Shown here piece after piece: positions 36,720 through 48,240 of a stretch of DNA of 64,000 nt. Both the position numbers and the translations under genes were made by a program. The notes below the pieces were generated by a model. The model saw nothing but the letters and a program-made list of their open reading frames with translations, was not told the DNA's origin and did no database searches. Every line of letters starts with the position of its first letter. Positions within the stretch are counted from its first letter, which is position 1. The DNA lies in NCBI RefSeq assembly GCF_018977255.1, contig NW_024704742.1, positions 21,206,001 through 21,270,000 on the forward strand, written 5' to 3'. Source of the DNA: Callorhinchus milii (taxonomy: Eukaryota).

Positions 36720-38221
36720 AACAACAACAACAACAACAACAACAAGATTCCATTTATAGAGCGCCTTTCACGTCAGGAGGACGTCCCAAGGCGCTGCACA
36801 GTTGGGTCATGACCCGAGCAGGGGGGAAATGGTCAGGGGGAGGGGAGGGAAGGGAGGGAGAGAGGAGGGGGGAAATGGTCAGGGTGAGGGGAGGGAAGGG
36901 AGGGAGCGAGGAGGAGGAAGAGAGTCGAGAGGGGAGCTGAAGGCACGGTCAAAGAGAAAGGTTTTGAGACCGGCCTTGAAGGAGGAAAGGGAGGAAGCAA
37001 GGCGAAGGCACTGGGGGATGGAGTTCCAGAGCCTCGGGGCTGAGAGGCTGAAGGCCCGACCACCGATAGTAGGGCGGTTGGGGCGGGGGACGTGGAGCAG
37101 ACCGGAGCCAGAGGAACGGAGGGTACGGGCAGGTAGGTAGGGGGATAGTAGGTTGGAGAGGTAGGAGGGAGCAAGGCCGTGAATGGCCTTGTAGGTGAGG
37201 ATGAGGATCTTGAAATCAATCCTCTGGGGGATGGGGAGCCAGTGGAGGCGAGCGAGGGTGGGAGTGATGTGGTCCCGAAGCCTGGTGCGGGACAGTACAC
37301 GAGCTGCAGAGTTCTGAATGACCTGCAGCTTGTGGAGGGAGGTGGCGGGAAGGCCGGCGAGGAGAGAGTTCCCATAGTCCAGCCTTGAGGTGACAAAGGC
37401 GTGAACCAGGGTTTCAGCAGCGTGAGGGGTGAGGTAGTGCCGTAATCTGGCGATATTCCGGAGGTGATGGAAGGCGGTGCCAGTTGTGGTGCGGATGTGA
37501 GGGAGAAAGGACAGCTCAGGGTCGAACAAAACGCCGAGGTTCCTGACTGGCTTTGAGAGGTGGAGAGTGCAGCCTTGGATGCTGATGGTGTCAGCGCCTG
37601 AGGTGCGGAGGCGCTGACGTGAGCCAATCAGGAGGGCCTCGGTTTTTCGCACGTTGAGCTGAAGAAAGTTGTCTCTCGTCCAGGACTCGATGTCGGACAG
37701 GCAGGCTGTCAGGACATCGGTGGTCGTGGAGTTGAGAGTAGAGGAGGAAAGGTAGAGTTGGGTGTCATCCGCATACATGTGGAAGTTAACCCCATGTTTG
37801 CGGATGATGTCACCGAGGGGGAGCATATAGAGGGTGAAGAGGAGGGGACCGAGGACAGAGCCCTGAGGGACACCACATGAGACAGTACGGGGGGTGGAGG
37901 AGAAGCCATTCGTTGAGACGAAGTGAAGACGGTGGGAAAGGTAAGAGCTAAACCATTCAAGGACAGTGCCTTGAAGGTTGAGGTGGGAGGACAAGCGGTG
38001 GAGTAGGATAGCGTGGTCGACCGTATCGAATGCTGCCGATAGGTCGAGGAGGACGAGGAGACAGAGGGAGCCCTGGTCACAGATAGTCAGGATATCATTG
38101 GTGACCTTGACCAGGGCAGTTTCTGTGCTATGAGCAGCACGGAAACCTGACTGAAGGGGTTCAAAAGAGAATGGGTGGAGAGGAAAGAGCGCAGTTGGGA
38201 GGCGACAACTCTTTCCAAAGT
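36720..38221 (-). mobile_element. Young 5'-truncated L2 LINE (about 1.5 kb)
   Basis: Continuous ORF2 RT and C-terminal region, CpG-rich, intact 3' stem-loop, (TTG)n tail. Homology extends to [18 protein letters not shown] across a 1-nt frameshift near 38163. Confidence 0.97.
36879..38165 (-). pseudogene. L2 ORF2 reverse transcriptase domain plus C-terminus, uninterrupted; no start codon and no endonuclease
   Basis: [65 protein letters not shown]. The first ~35 residues of the ORF-track protein are out-of-frame or flanking sequence. Confidence 0.92.
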
Positions 38222-39774
38222 AGAATTCCCTAAAATTTTCACTCCCACATTCATCTGCAAATACAATCATTGCACTTTACAAAATATCTCAATGAATCAC
38301 TTAGAGTTATTTATGTGTTATATGTGCTATAACAAACATAAATATTCGTATTATTGATAAACAATCTATGTGGGGAAATGGGGACACTTTCCAGTAATCA
38401 TACCAACCTGATGAAGTTCCGCTCTATCATCTATCCCTGGAGCAGAAGGTCTGTGAGTCGGCAGAGATTTTAAAGGGATTCCTTATGAAGGAATTCTGTT
38501 AAGAAATATGGCAAATTAGACCCATATGTGTCACATACTACCAGACAGTGTTATCTTCTCAAAGTAGTGGCATTGGTAGGATTGAGTCCATCGGAAAGAT
38601 AAGTTATTAAATAATTTGAGCAAGTGCTTGGCTCCTGATACATGTGTAATGGTACCAATTTAATATTAATGTTGTATTAACAAGATGTAATATTCCTGTC
38701 AAGCAGTTCTTCACCGGCAATTACTGCAGAAAAATAAACTTGTATTTTTACAGCATCTCCACAAAATTGGGTCAATTAATTTTACAGTATATTCTGTGAA
38801 ACACTTTGAGACATCTCAATGACCTGATAAGGCACTATATCAAATGTAAGAATTATTATTATTATTGTTATTAATCTATGTCTCAAGCATGTCATAAGTA
38901 ATTACTGGGACGTGTAGTGACTGTTTCTGTAAGCAAAGATGGCATGCATTTACATCACCAACAGGCAGACAAGTCTGATAAGACAAGCAAAAAGACATGA
39001 GGGGCACTAAACCGAGCACCTGCAAAAGTAGCCTTGTAAAAATTATTACGATTCACAGAGTCAATATAAAGGCCCTCACAAAGGCTTCCAATATGCGTTC
39101 AGTAGCTTCACTCCACAAAGACTTGAGAAAGCTTTGAATTTTAATAAGTCAGTAGTGATTTCAAAATCTCATGAATAAAACTATGTATTATTCAAAAATA
39201 GCAACTCTGTAGGAGGGAGCTGGAGGAAATAATACAATCTCAGGGTACAGATGGTGCGTATGATCCACATCACTTGCTGTTTTGAGCATTTTCTATACTT
39301 TGAATTGTGCCAGAACTTTACAATCCCTCCCACGTAGCCATTATTCAATGCAAAATGCATTGTATATCTGCTTTTCTGGAAACACTGCCAGTTTAGCATT
39401 CCATGTAAATTATGTTTCGTATGCTGGCATGAGAAGGATTGTTAGTATCTTGCACCTATCTTGTAACATTTGAAAAGTGCAATGAGCTTTTGAAGCATAA
39501 TGAGTTAAGGAACACAGTCATCAATGGGGATATTAATGAGTGTAATATCACTGAGCCATGGGAACAAAAAAAAAGCTTCAGAGCAGTATCAATAAAAGAA
39601 AGATTCTATTTCTGCACAAATAGATTTTCCCAGTAAACAAATGTGATTTCTTTCTCAACACACTTGAAGAAATTATGTCAATTATTAAACTGTCTATGTA
39701 AAAAAATTAGGCTGTAATAACTGGCAGTGATACTTAGGCAATGCCATGTAGTGCACTGGCTGGCAATTACATGA

Positions 39775-40447
39775 GTAACATTTTTATATAGAGCCTTTAA
39801 TGTCAGGAGGATGACTCAAAGTGTTTCACAGGATATTCTTTACAGTGTAGCAATTGTATTTCATAGGTGAATTTGGCAGCCAATTTTCATAGAGCAATGC
39901 CCCAGTCAGGAAGTGAATGACCAATTTTATTTACAGGATTGTTGGCCTGAAGAAACTTCCTTCTCTTTTCAAATAGCACCATGGAATCTTTAACGTCCAT
40001 CTGAACAAGCGCGAGACCTGAGTTCAATTCCAGGCAGAGGGCGAAACCTTGGGCAAGTTTCCTTACTCCACACAGAGCCTAATAATAATCCCTCCAAAAA
40101 CCCAAAACAATAATAAATTGGTCATTTTCAATCTACGACTGTTTGTGGGACATTGCTGTGCGCAATTGGCTGCCGCGTTCGCCCACAAATATACAGTCAA
40201 TTCACTTTACAGTATATTCTGTGAAGCGCTTTGGGACGTCCTCCCGACGTGAAAAGCGCTATATCAAATGCAAGGATTATTATTATTATTATAATGGGTC
40301 TCCGGTTTAAAGTTTCATTTGAAGGACGGCACCTCCAACAATGCAGTACACCCCCAGCCCAGCATTTGAGTGTCAGCCTAGACTATATGAGATTTAAGTC
40401 CCAATGTGACACAGAGGCAAGAGTTCTACAAACTGAGCCAGACTGAT
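39775..40447 (-). mobile_element. Deu-SINE split by a nested family-A SINE
   Basis: The left part ends TTTAACGTCCATCTGAACA; the right part resumes at GGGTCTCCGGTTTAAAG...GACGGCACCTCC. Confidence 0.82.
40008..40292 (+). mobile_element. Young family-A SINE, slightly 5'-truncated
   Basis: Near-identical to 23428-23716. Confidence 0.95.
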
Positions 40448-40821
40448 GCAAGAACAGAGAGTCAATGTGTAGGATTACCAAGGTTGATAAATTTACCAAT
40501 GATCAGAGATTAAGCTACATAAAATGTGTGTAATTATTTTAGTGTTTTGTAAAATATGAACTTCCACAGTTTGATTAATGTGATCATAGTGCAACTTACA
40601 CAAGACTCCATTGCTGAAATATGAGACAGATAGCTAATTAAAGCCAGAAACATCACCCAAGGGTGATAAAAATGTGCTTTACTCATCTTGCGATCTACTA
40701 TTCTAGATGGAAAAGCGCAGGAACGAGAATGTAGGACACAGTGACAGCTTTCAAAATGAAAATACCACTCTTGATATGTGGGACTCTATCACAAACTAGT
40801 GTCCTCTGGACATTCAGGAAA

Positions 40822-40885
40822 TATTTGGCCGTGTTACATTAAGAGAAATATTATTATATTTCTCTTAATGTAACACGGACAAATA
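40822..40885. repeat. 30-bp inverted repeat with 4-nt loop (hairpin/cruciform)
   Basis: TATTTGGCCGTGTTACATTAAGAGAAATAT / ATATTTCTCTTAATGTAACACGGACAAATA, 1 mismatch; the inner 23 bp are perfect. Confidence 0.95.
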
Positions 40886-41170
40886 CTATCTCCTAGTCAG
40901 ACCCGGCTGAAGCTCACTGCTTCACCAGAGTACTGTGGACTGGATTACACTAGGGATCCTAATGCTTAATAGCAACAGAGACACATCAGATAAATTATGC
41001 TAAAGTAGCAGAAATAACAAGCAAGTCATCTTGTTTTGATAGAGATTTTCTTGTGCGACATTGCAAATCTATGATTTGCTCCACTGCAGAAGTGATTTGC
41101 CAGTGAGTACACAATGAGGAAGTATTACCTGCATTTTGGGGTAAAAAGAAATAAACCTGGGTCTGAACCC

Positions 41171-41469
41171 AATAATAATAATAATAATAATAATCCTTCC
41201 ATTTGATATAGCACTTTTCAAGTCTTCTAGAAGTCTCAAAGCGCTTCACAGAATATACTGTAAAATGAATTGACTTTATATTTGTGGGCGAAACACGGCA
41301 GCCAAACAGACTTGGATTGAAGTGACCAATTTATTATTTTCTTCTCTTGAAGTATTATTATTAGGCATGTGGAGTAAGGAAATTTGCCCAAGGTTTCACC
41401 CTACTGGGAATTAAACCCAGATCTCTCGCTTGAGAGGCGAGTGCTCTAACCACTGAGCTACAGGACTCC
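41171..41469 (-). mobile_element. Family-A SINE, full length
   Basis: The reverse strand reads GGAGTCCTGTAGCTCAGTGGTTAGAGCACTCGCC...(TTA)n. Confidence 0.92.
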
Positions 41470-41837
41470 ACAAATATTCTAAATTACACAAATAATGCAT
41501 GAAAGCAACAGTTACATAGGAACATAAGAAGGTACAGGAGCGGAGAAAAGCATTATGATTCACCTTGCTGATCCAAAAGTTAAAAAAAATCCTACACAAT
41601 GGGCTTGAATTCTCATGCAGTGCATTACCAGTGTTAGAGTGATGGGTGGATTTTTTATGGAGTAAAATGAAGCCGTGTTAATATGCAAAAAACTGTAATT
41701 GCAATAAAAACATTAAGCATACTTTATTAATTGCTTGGTAATGACTCACTGTTTGTTTAATCCATGATTTCCATACATGTAAGAAACATTAAGCCGAGCA
41801 TTTATTTAAGGCTTTGAGATTTACTATCAGCTTGGTA

Positions 41838-42240
41838 AATAATAATCCTTGTGTTTGATATAGTTCTTTATCACATTGTGGTATCACAGGATTTGTTGTG
41901 AATTGTAGTGACTGTGCAAGCAAACATGGCAGCCAATTATGCAAGCAATGTTCTGCACACAGCTGGGAAGTCAATGACTGATTTCATTGGGGGCATTGTT
42001 GGCCAAGAGACCAGGAGAAACTCCCTTTTCTTTTCGAATAGTGCCATGACATCTTTAACATCCAACTGAACAGGCAGACTGGACCTTGGTTTAATGTTTC
42101 ATCCAAAGAACGTCACGTCTCGCACCTGAGCACTGCATTGGAGGGTCAGCCAAGACAGTGTGTTCAAAGTCCCAAAGTGGGGCTTGAACCCACAACCTTC
42201 TGAACGTCTGGCGAGAGTGCCACCAAGCATGCCAGACTTA
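41838..42240 (-). mobile_element. Deu-SINE, near full length
   Basis: The reverse strand has TTGGTGGCACTCTCGCC...TCAGAAGGTTGTGGGTTCAAGCCCCAC and the Deu core. Confidence 0.85.
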
Positions 42241-42794
42241 CACAAGCTAACATGTAGAAGGGCCAGACATGTCAGCTTGGAAAGCTATTACAATTGTGAA
42301 TATATTCTTTTGAATGAAATGTTAAATTGTATGTTATACCCATGAATTCACGTGTCTACAAGTGTAGAAATGTTGCAAGTGCAAACCTAATTCTAAGCAC
42401 TTGTGCTTGCTCCAGACATTCAATGGTTCTCCATACGCAAGATTCTCAGTCTACACCCTCGATTGGAATCTTTCACACTGTGCTAAACTAAGCTATTGTA
42501 GTCAGGATCCACGTGAAAAATAAATCAGCTGATTCTCACTTCATGTATCAGTCAGTGAAGGTAACAAAATCACATCCATTCCCTCCTGGATCACTTTAGT
42601 TGTCTTATATAGAGTACTGCAGTTTTTGGTACTGGTTGGTAGGGAGATGAAATGATCCTGAAATGTTTCTATTCTCAGTCCTAGCACAGAGAAAGTATCA
42701 AAGAACTAGAATGCGCCAGAGCTTCCACATCATTCTTCTAGATTTAGCATAATTTCCAGCATATTTTGAAACCGAATGTTTTCCCGATATTCAG

Positions 42795-42958
42795 CAATCA
42801 CCCACAAATTCCTGAGTTGGAGAATATGGATTCTATTCCAACAAACATCTCTGGTATTTCCATCTGCAGGTGGGATGCATGGAATTCTCAGTTTGGATAC
42901 TCTTAAGCCTGGTGATGGGTTTCCAATTGCATCAGACATCCATCTGACCCCCAAAAAT
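42795..42958 (+). repeat. Family X repeat, 3' portion
   Basis: GGAATTCTCAGTTTGGATACTCTTAAGCCTGGTGATGGGTTTCC...TCAGACATCCATCTGACCCCCAAAAA. Confidence 0.8.
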
Positions 42959-43850
42959 TGACCTGTATTGTCTGAGATACTTGGAAAACACCTTAATTAT
43001 GTTATGCTGGTCCAATGATACCATACAGCTATGGGGTGAAGATTGTGATTTTTGATATGTTGACACCAGCAATAATTATCATGTCACAGGTCACAAAATT
43101 CACCACAAAAAGTTCAGTTTATTTCATATATTAAAACACTATGGAGTAAAAAATATGATAATTATTACTTTGCACCCTACATTTTTCACCTCACTACTTC
43201 AATAGCTTTCATTTGGTTCAAATATTCCATAAAGTTTATCACAAACTGCTTTACGTGACCTGTTTTATAATTTGCAAAAGTATTTTGTCAGATCGTGACT
43301 GATGAGTAACTGGAGTAAGGCCAGAAAATCGTTTTGCCAGTTGTAGCTTTAATGATTTTCCCTTGTGTAAATTCCAGTCTCATTTCTGTCTCCAACTTTA
43401 CAGGCTTGTAGAGTGTCATTAGTCTAACTGCTCCATCCTTCCATTTCAGAAGATGCTAAATTAGTCTCAACTCCAAGGCCATGTAGTCTTACCCCTATAA
43501 GAATGATCAGGAAAACTAATTTCTCTTGTCTAGCATCTCTTCAGCAGGGCACCTAAGGCACTGTACATGCTGCAAATTTAACTTCACTCATAGGTGTGGC
43601 AGGGGGGTTAAAGCTGTTCACAAGATGAGAGGTTCAGATGAAAAAGGTTCCTCAGCCATTTGATATCATTCTTACAGAATATCAGCACTACCATCTTCCC
43701 ATTACAGCATCAATGACAAATTACATATGTATAGCACCTTTCACTTCGGATGGATGTCCCAAGGCGCTGTTTCTTAAATTAGGTCAGCTGCCTGGCCTCA
43801 ACTACCTTTCCTTAATAAGAAATCATAGTTGTGCAAATAGAAACTCCTTC

Positions 43851-44722
43851 CTTGCAAAGGGATATAGATAGGCTAGGTTAGTGGGTAAGAAGGTGGCAGA
43901 TGAAATATAATGTGGGGAAGTGTGAAGTTATTCACCTAGGTAGTAAAAACAGAAAAGCAGATTATTTTCTAGAAAGGGAGAGACTAGATAGTGTTAGTGT
44001 TCAGAAGGATTTGGGTGTGCTTGTACACCAGTCACAAAAAGTTAGTTTGCAGGTACAGCAAGCAACTAGGGAGGATAATGGCATGTTGGCGTTTATTGCA
44101 AAAGCTTTAGAATACAAGAGTAGGGAAGTCTTGCTGCAACTGTATAGTGCCTTAGTGAGACCACACCTAGAATATTGTGTGCAGTTTTCGTCTCCTTATT
44201 TAAGAAAGGACATACTCGCCTTAGAGAGGGTGCAGCGTAGATTCACTAGGTTAGTTCCTGGGATGAGGGGGTTGACCTATGAGGATAAGTTGAGTAAACT
44301 AGGCCTACATTCTCCAGAATATAGAAGATTAGGGTTGATCGTATAGAAATATATAAGATTCTTATGGGGCTGGACAGAGTAGACAGTGCAAGACTATTTC
44401 CCCTGGTAGGAGAATCTAGAACTAGGGGTCACAGTCTTAAGATTAAGGAACAGCCTTTTTGAACAGAGTTAAGGAAACACTTCTTCACTCAGACGGTAGT
44501 GAATTTATGGAATTTTCTACCCCAGAAGGTTGTGGATGCTCAGTCCTTGAGCATATTCAAGACTGAGATTGATAGGTTTCTAAAGGATAGAGGGATTAAA
44601 GATATGGGCGTAAGGCAGGCGAATGGAGTTAGATTAGAAGATCAGTTATGATCTTATTAAATGGCGGGGCAGGCTCGAGGGACTGAATGGCCTACTCCTG
44701 CTCCTAATTCTTATGTTCCTGT
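43851..44722 (+). mobile_element. 5'-truncated CR1 LINE
   Basis: WQMKYNVGKCEVIHLG...KDLGVLV...[16 protein letters not shown]...LERVQRRFTRLVPG; terminal GACTGAATGGCCTACTCCTGCTCC. Same subfamily as the inner CR1 at 30819. Confidence 0.95.
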
Positions 44723-44809
44723 AAGATGAAATATCTCTTTACTTCGACACAATCTATTTCCAGAACACTATTCCATGGGTCAAAGGAAATTCCAAAGGCA
44801 TTTCTTATT

Positions 44810-45481
44810 AACAACAACAATAACAAAATTATATTTGTATAGCACCTTTCACATCGGGAGATGTCCCAAGACAGTCAGTGTTTTGGACCCGAGTTGGGAG
44901 TCGGAATCAGGGAGGGTGGAGGGCAAGGGGAAAGCACGGTCGAAGAGGAGGGTCTTGAGATGGGTTTTGAAGGAGGCAAGGGAGGAGGCCAGGTGGAGGG
45001 ATGGAGTTCCACAGGGAAGGGGCAGAGTGGCAGAAGGTGGAGTGGGCAAGGCATGGGATGTGAAGCAGGCCAGAATCCACTGAGCGGAGGGAGCGAGCAG
45101 GATGGTAAGGGGTTAGGAGGTTCCAGAGATAAGGGGGAGCAAGGCAATGGAGGGCTTTGAAGGTGAAGACCAGGATTTTGAACTGTATCCTCTGAGTGAT
45201 GGGAAGCAAGTGGAGTCGGGTGAGGGTGGGGCTGATAGGGTCACGGAGCCTAGGGCGGGAGAGTTCTGGATGATCTGCAGCCTATGAATGGAGGAGGTGG
45301 GGAGGCTGACAAGCATGGAGTTTGCATAGTCAAGCCTCGAGGTTATGAATGCGCGTATGAGGGTTTCGGCGACCTGCAGTGTTAGACAATGGCTGAGCTG
45401 GGTGATGTTGTGGAGGTGAGGGAAGGCAGAGCAGGTCATGGCATGGATGTGGGGTAGAAAGAATAGTTGAGGGTCAAACAA
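44810..45481 (-). mobile_element. 5'-truncated L2 LINE
   Basis: FDPQLFFLPHI...AETLIRAFITSRLDYANS...LPITQRIQFKILVFTFKAL; AAC tail at the left end. Confidence 0.92.
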
Positions 45482-47256
45482 GATGGAAGATATTAAGATA
45501 TCAAGATATTAATAAATCCTACTAAGCAATACTGCAAATTAGAATGTCCTACCCCTTCCAACTATTATTTTTTAACATCTTTAAATTTTTTATATAATAC
45601 AATTTTATGAAAAGCATGAAAGGAATGTCTATGTGAGAGTGCAATAACACTGATAAAATAACACATCATTTGAGTTCTGCGTTAACATGGGAGAAGCATG
45701 GAACCCACATCCAACACCCGTCATTGTCATTGGAAAGGCTTAGGTTCTGAAAAAGAAATGAAGGTAAAACTAACTTAGCCCACAATGATATGCATTGAGA
45801 ATATATGAGACAGTATTGGAAGGAATAAGACTTCAAGTAAGTGTGTGAATGTAATAAATTGGATGAAGTGAACTGAAATATTAATTAGCTACAAAGCAAA
45901 TACAGAGCAGTTATTAGCAGTAATAGTTTTAAATAATAATTCAATAGTGATCATCTCTGACTGGTAATTCATTATTCAATGGGAATGAGTTGTATTCGTA
46001 ATTTATTTGTAGTCTTTATGAAAAAAATACTAAATGCAATTGAGGGTTCCACTTTCACAACACTGCAAATCTTAGCCATGTTTTTCGCCATCTGCTTACA
46101 TCGGTGTGAAGTTGGCAAAGGCACAAGCACATGCCTGGCTGCTCCTCACTGCAGGGTTCTCTTCAGTGGTTCAGAACAGCTGAGAGAAGTCAGCTCTGTT
46201 CAATCATTAAAACAGCCAAGCCATGAAGGAAAGATCGCAGTAGGCACTACACATGCAGGGAGTACAGGAATGAATGAAAGAATGAATGAATGTCGGTGTA
46301 TGGGTAAAGCACTAAACGTTTTTCCCTGATGCACTCTCTGAAACAATTAGACTCTGTGAATTCAAAGTCCCAACATGGGACTTATGACTCAGAGGCGAGA
46401 GTGCTATCAACTGAGTCAGGTTGACACCACGACTTCAAAGTTACCCTGTGTAATATCATAGCTGTCTCTGCTTCACATTACTGTGTGTCCAGGGAGAGGA
46501 GGAGGAGTGGGTACTTCAATATGCGAGAATCTGATCATAAATTTAGTATGTGAAAACAAACTGGTAATAATTATCAACGGTGTTGGCAAATAGTGGGATT
46601 CCAGGTATTAGAGATTTATCAAATGCAGGGTTTATTTTTGTCTGTCCTAAACACTGTATCTCACGAAGCAGCAATCAAAATCCTCAAGTCATGAGCCAGA
46701 ATTCCAATATCGTGGACATCCCCTTTGAAGAGAGTATCAGAGGGATTTCCCCTCCACATGATGAATGTCACAATGACCGCGAATTTGACCTCAATATGTA
46801 TTAGACCCAATTATGGTCATCACAATGCTAGCCTTAGAATAAATATTCCAGCGGGATTTGTCCTAGAGCAGCAGACAGCGAGGTAATTAATGTATAAGTC
46901 AGAGTCGAGTTCTTCAGTGAAGGTCCCTCGTACCGGCATTGACGACACTGGCTCATTCTTACAAACATTATTAGATTAAGAATGACAGAACCATTGTGAA
47001 CTCGCAGCTCATTCTAGGAATGTAGGCCATTACCATCCATAACTGTTCAGATCATCCAGGCAATAGGATCACAAGGATCCAATAATCTTAGAATAGGATA
47101 TTTTTATTAGTATCAGAAATTCAGTCATAGCATATTTGATTTGTGGGAGACAAGTTTCACCTGACAACTGATCAACTCCTCTTAAAATAAAGCTGGAAAA
47201 TAACTTTTTTTAAGAGCAGGACTGAAGGTTGTGAGTAGATAGACTAAGATAAATCA

Positions 47257-47430
47257 ACTATAGCACCTTATCACATCTACGTGACATTGCAAAGCAATTC
47301 ACAGAATATACTGTAAAGTGAATGGAAAGTTTATTTTGTGGGTGAGGCTTGGCAGCCAATTTCGCATAGCAGTGTCCCAGAAATAGTCGTAGATTGAGTG
47401 ACCACATTATTTTTAAAGGAATTATTAAGG
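47257..47430 (-). mobile_element. Family-A SINE 3' half
   Basis: The reverse strand reads GGTCACTCAATCTACGACTATTTCTGGGACACTGCT...TTCACTTTACAGTATATTCTGTGAA. Confidence 0.8.
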
Positions 47431-47894
47431 GACTAGCTGTACCCATTGCAGCTATGCTTGCAACCAAAGGATCTAATATGGAATGTAGATTGACACACAA
47501 ACCGACACACAGACAAACATTTAATTTTTATCTATAGTTATCTGGGAGAACTCCTGTGGAAGTAATCATTTTAGTCGTGCCGTTCTTTGAGTGGACAACT
47601 CATTTTGGCATGCTGTTGCAGTCCTTTCAGCTTTGAAGTACAGCCACGTTGTTCTTTGTTCTTCAGTTTGATTTAATGGGCCTTCTCTCTTTTGTCTAAC
47701 ATTTGAAAGGTTTGATTTTCGCTTTATAATGATAAATATAAATGTATAATGTATGATCACTGGGATATCCTCCCAACGGGAAAGGCGCTTTAAAAATGTA
47801 ATTTTGTTGAAAGACAGACAGACGGACAAACAGACAAACAGACGTTGTCGTTTTAATACTTTGCTTCCGTCTTCACAGTAAAGGAAGAGGACAA

Positions 47895-48240
47895 AATCTG
47901 CAGCGCAGATTCATCAGATACCAGGCCTTAAAGAGTTAAATTTTGGGGTCAGGTTGCAAACACTTTTCTCTATTCCCTTGAGTTTAGAAGGTTGAGGAGT
48001 GATCTGATTGAGGTTTTTGAAATAATAAAGGGATTTGATAGGGCAGATACAGGGAAAATATTTCCTCTAGTGGGGGAATCCAGAACAGGGGGATATCGTC
48101 TTAAAATTAGAGCTAGGCCATTAGGAGTGAAATCAGGAGGCAGTTTTTCACCCAACTGATAGTGGAAATCTGGAACCTTATAGAATGGCGAAACAGCTCG
48201 AGGGGATGAATGGCCTACTCCTGTTTCTATATTTTCTCAT
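47895..48240 (+). mobile_element. CR1 3' fragment with internal deletion
   Basis: LEFRRLRSDLIEVFEIIKGFDRADTGKIFPLVGESRTGG; terminal GAATGGCCTACTCCTG. Confidence 0.88.

Larger units (their letters stand above)
36589..38718 (+). repeat. Diverged direct repeat of about 95 bp (36589-36683 and 38622-38718) on either side of the young L2
   Basis: AAGTGCTTGGCTCCTGAT.CATGTGTA.TGGT...TGTTGTAT.AACAAGATGTA.TATTCCTGTCA..AGTTCTTCAC in both copies. Confidence 0.85.

Noticed and set aside
36833..38080. Overlapping Pro/Ser-rich ORFs (264 aa, 123 aa) and similar ORFs in other L2 copies
   Set aside because: They are alternate frames of C-rich L2 sequence, which is naturally poor in stop codons.
36879..38270. 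463-aa ORF as a host gene or a bacterial-type retron/DGR reverse transcriptase
   Set aside because: The motifs and 3' tail are those of L2 ORF2. The copy is 5'-truncated and the N-terminus is read-through from flank.
46580..46960. CpG-containing unique block with a 74-aa ORF
   Set aside because: No recognisable peptide on either strand and no clear splice pair; it cannot be called from sequence alone.
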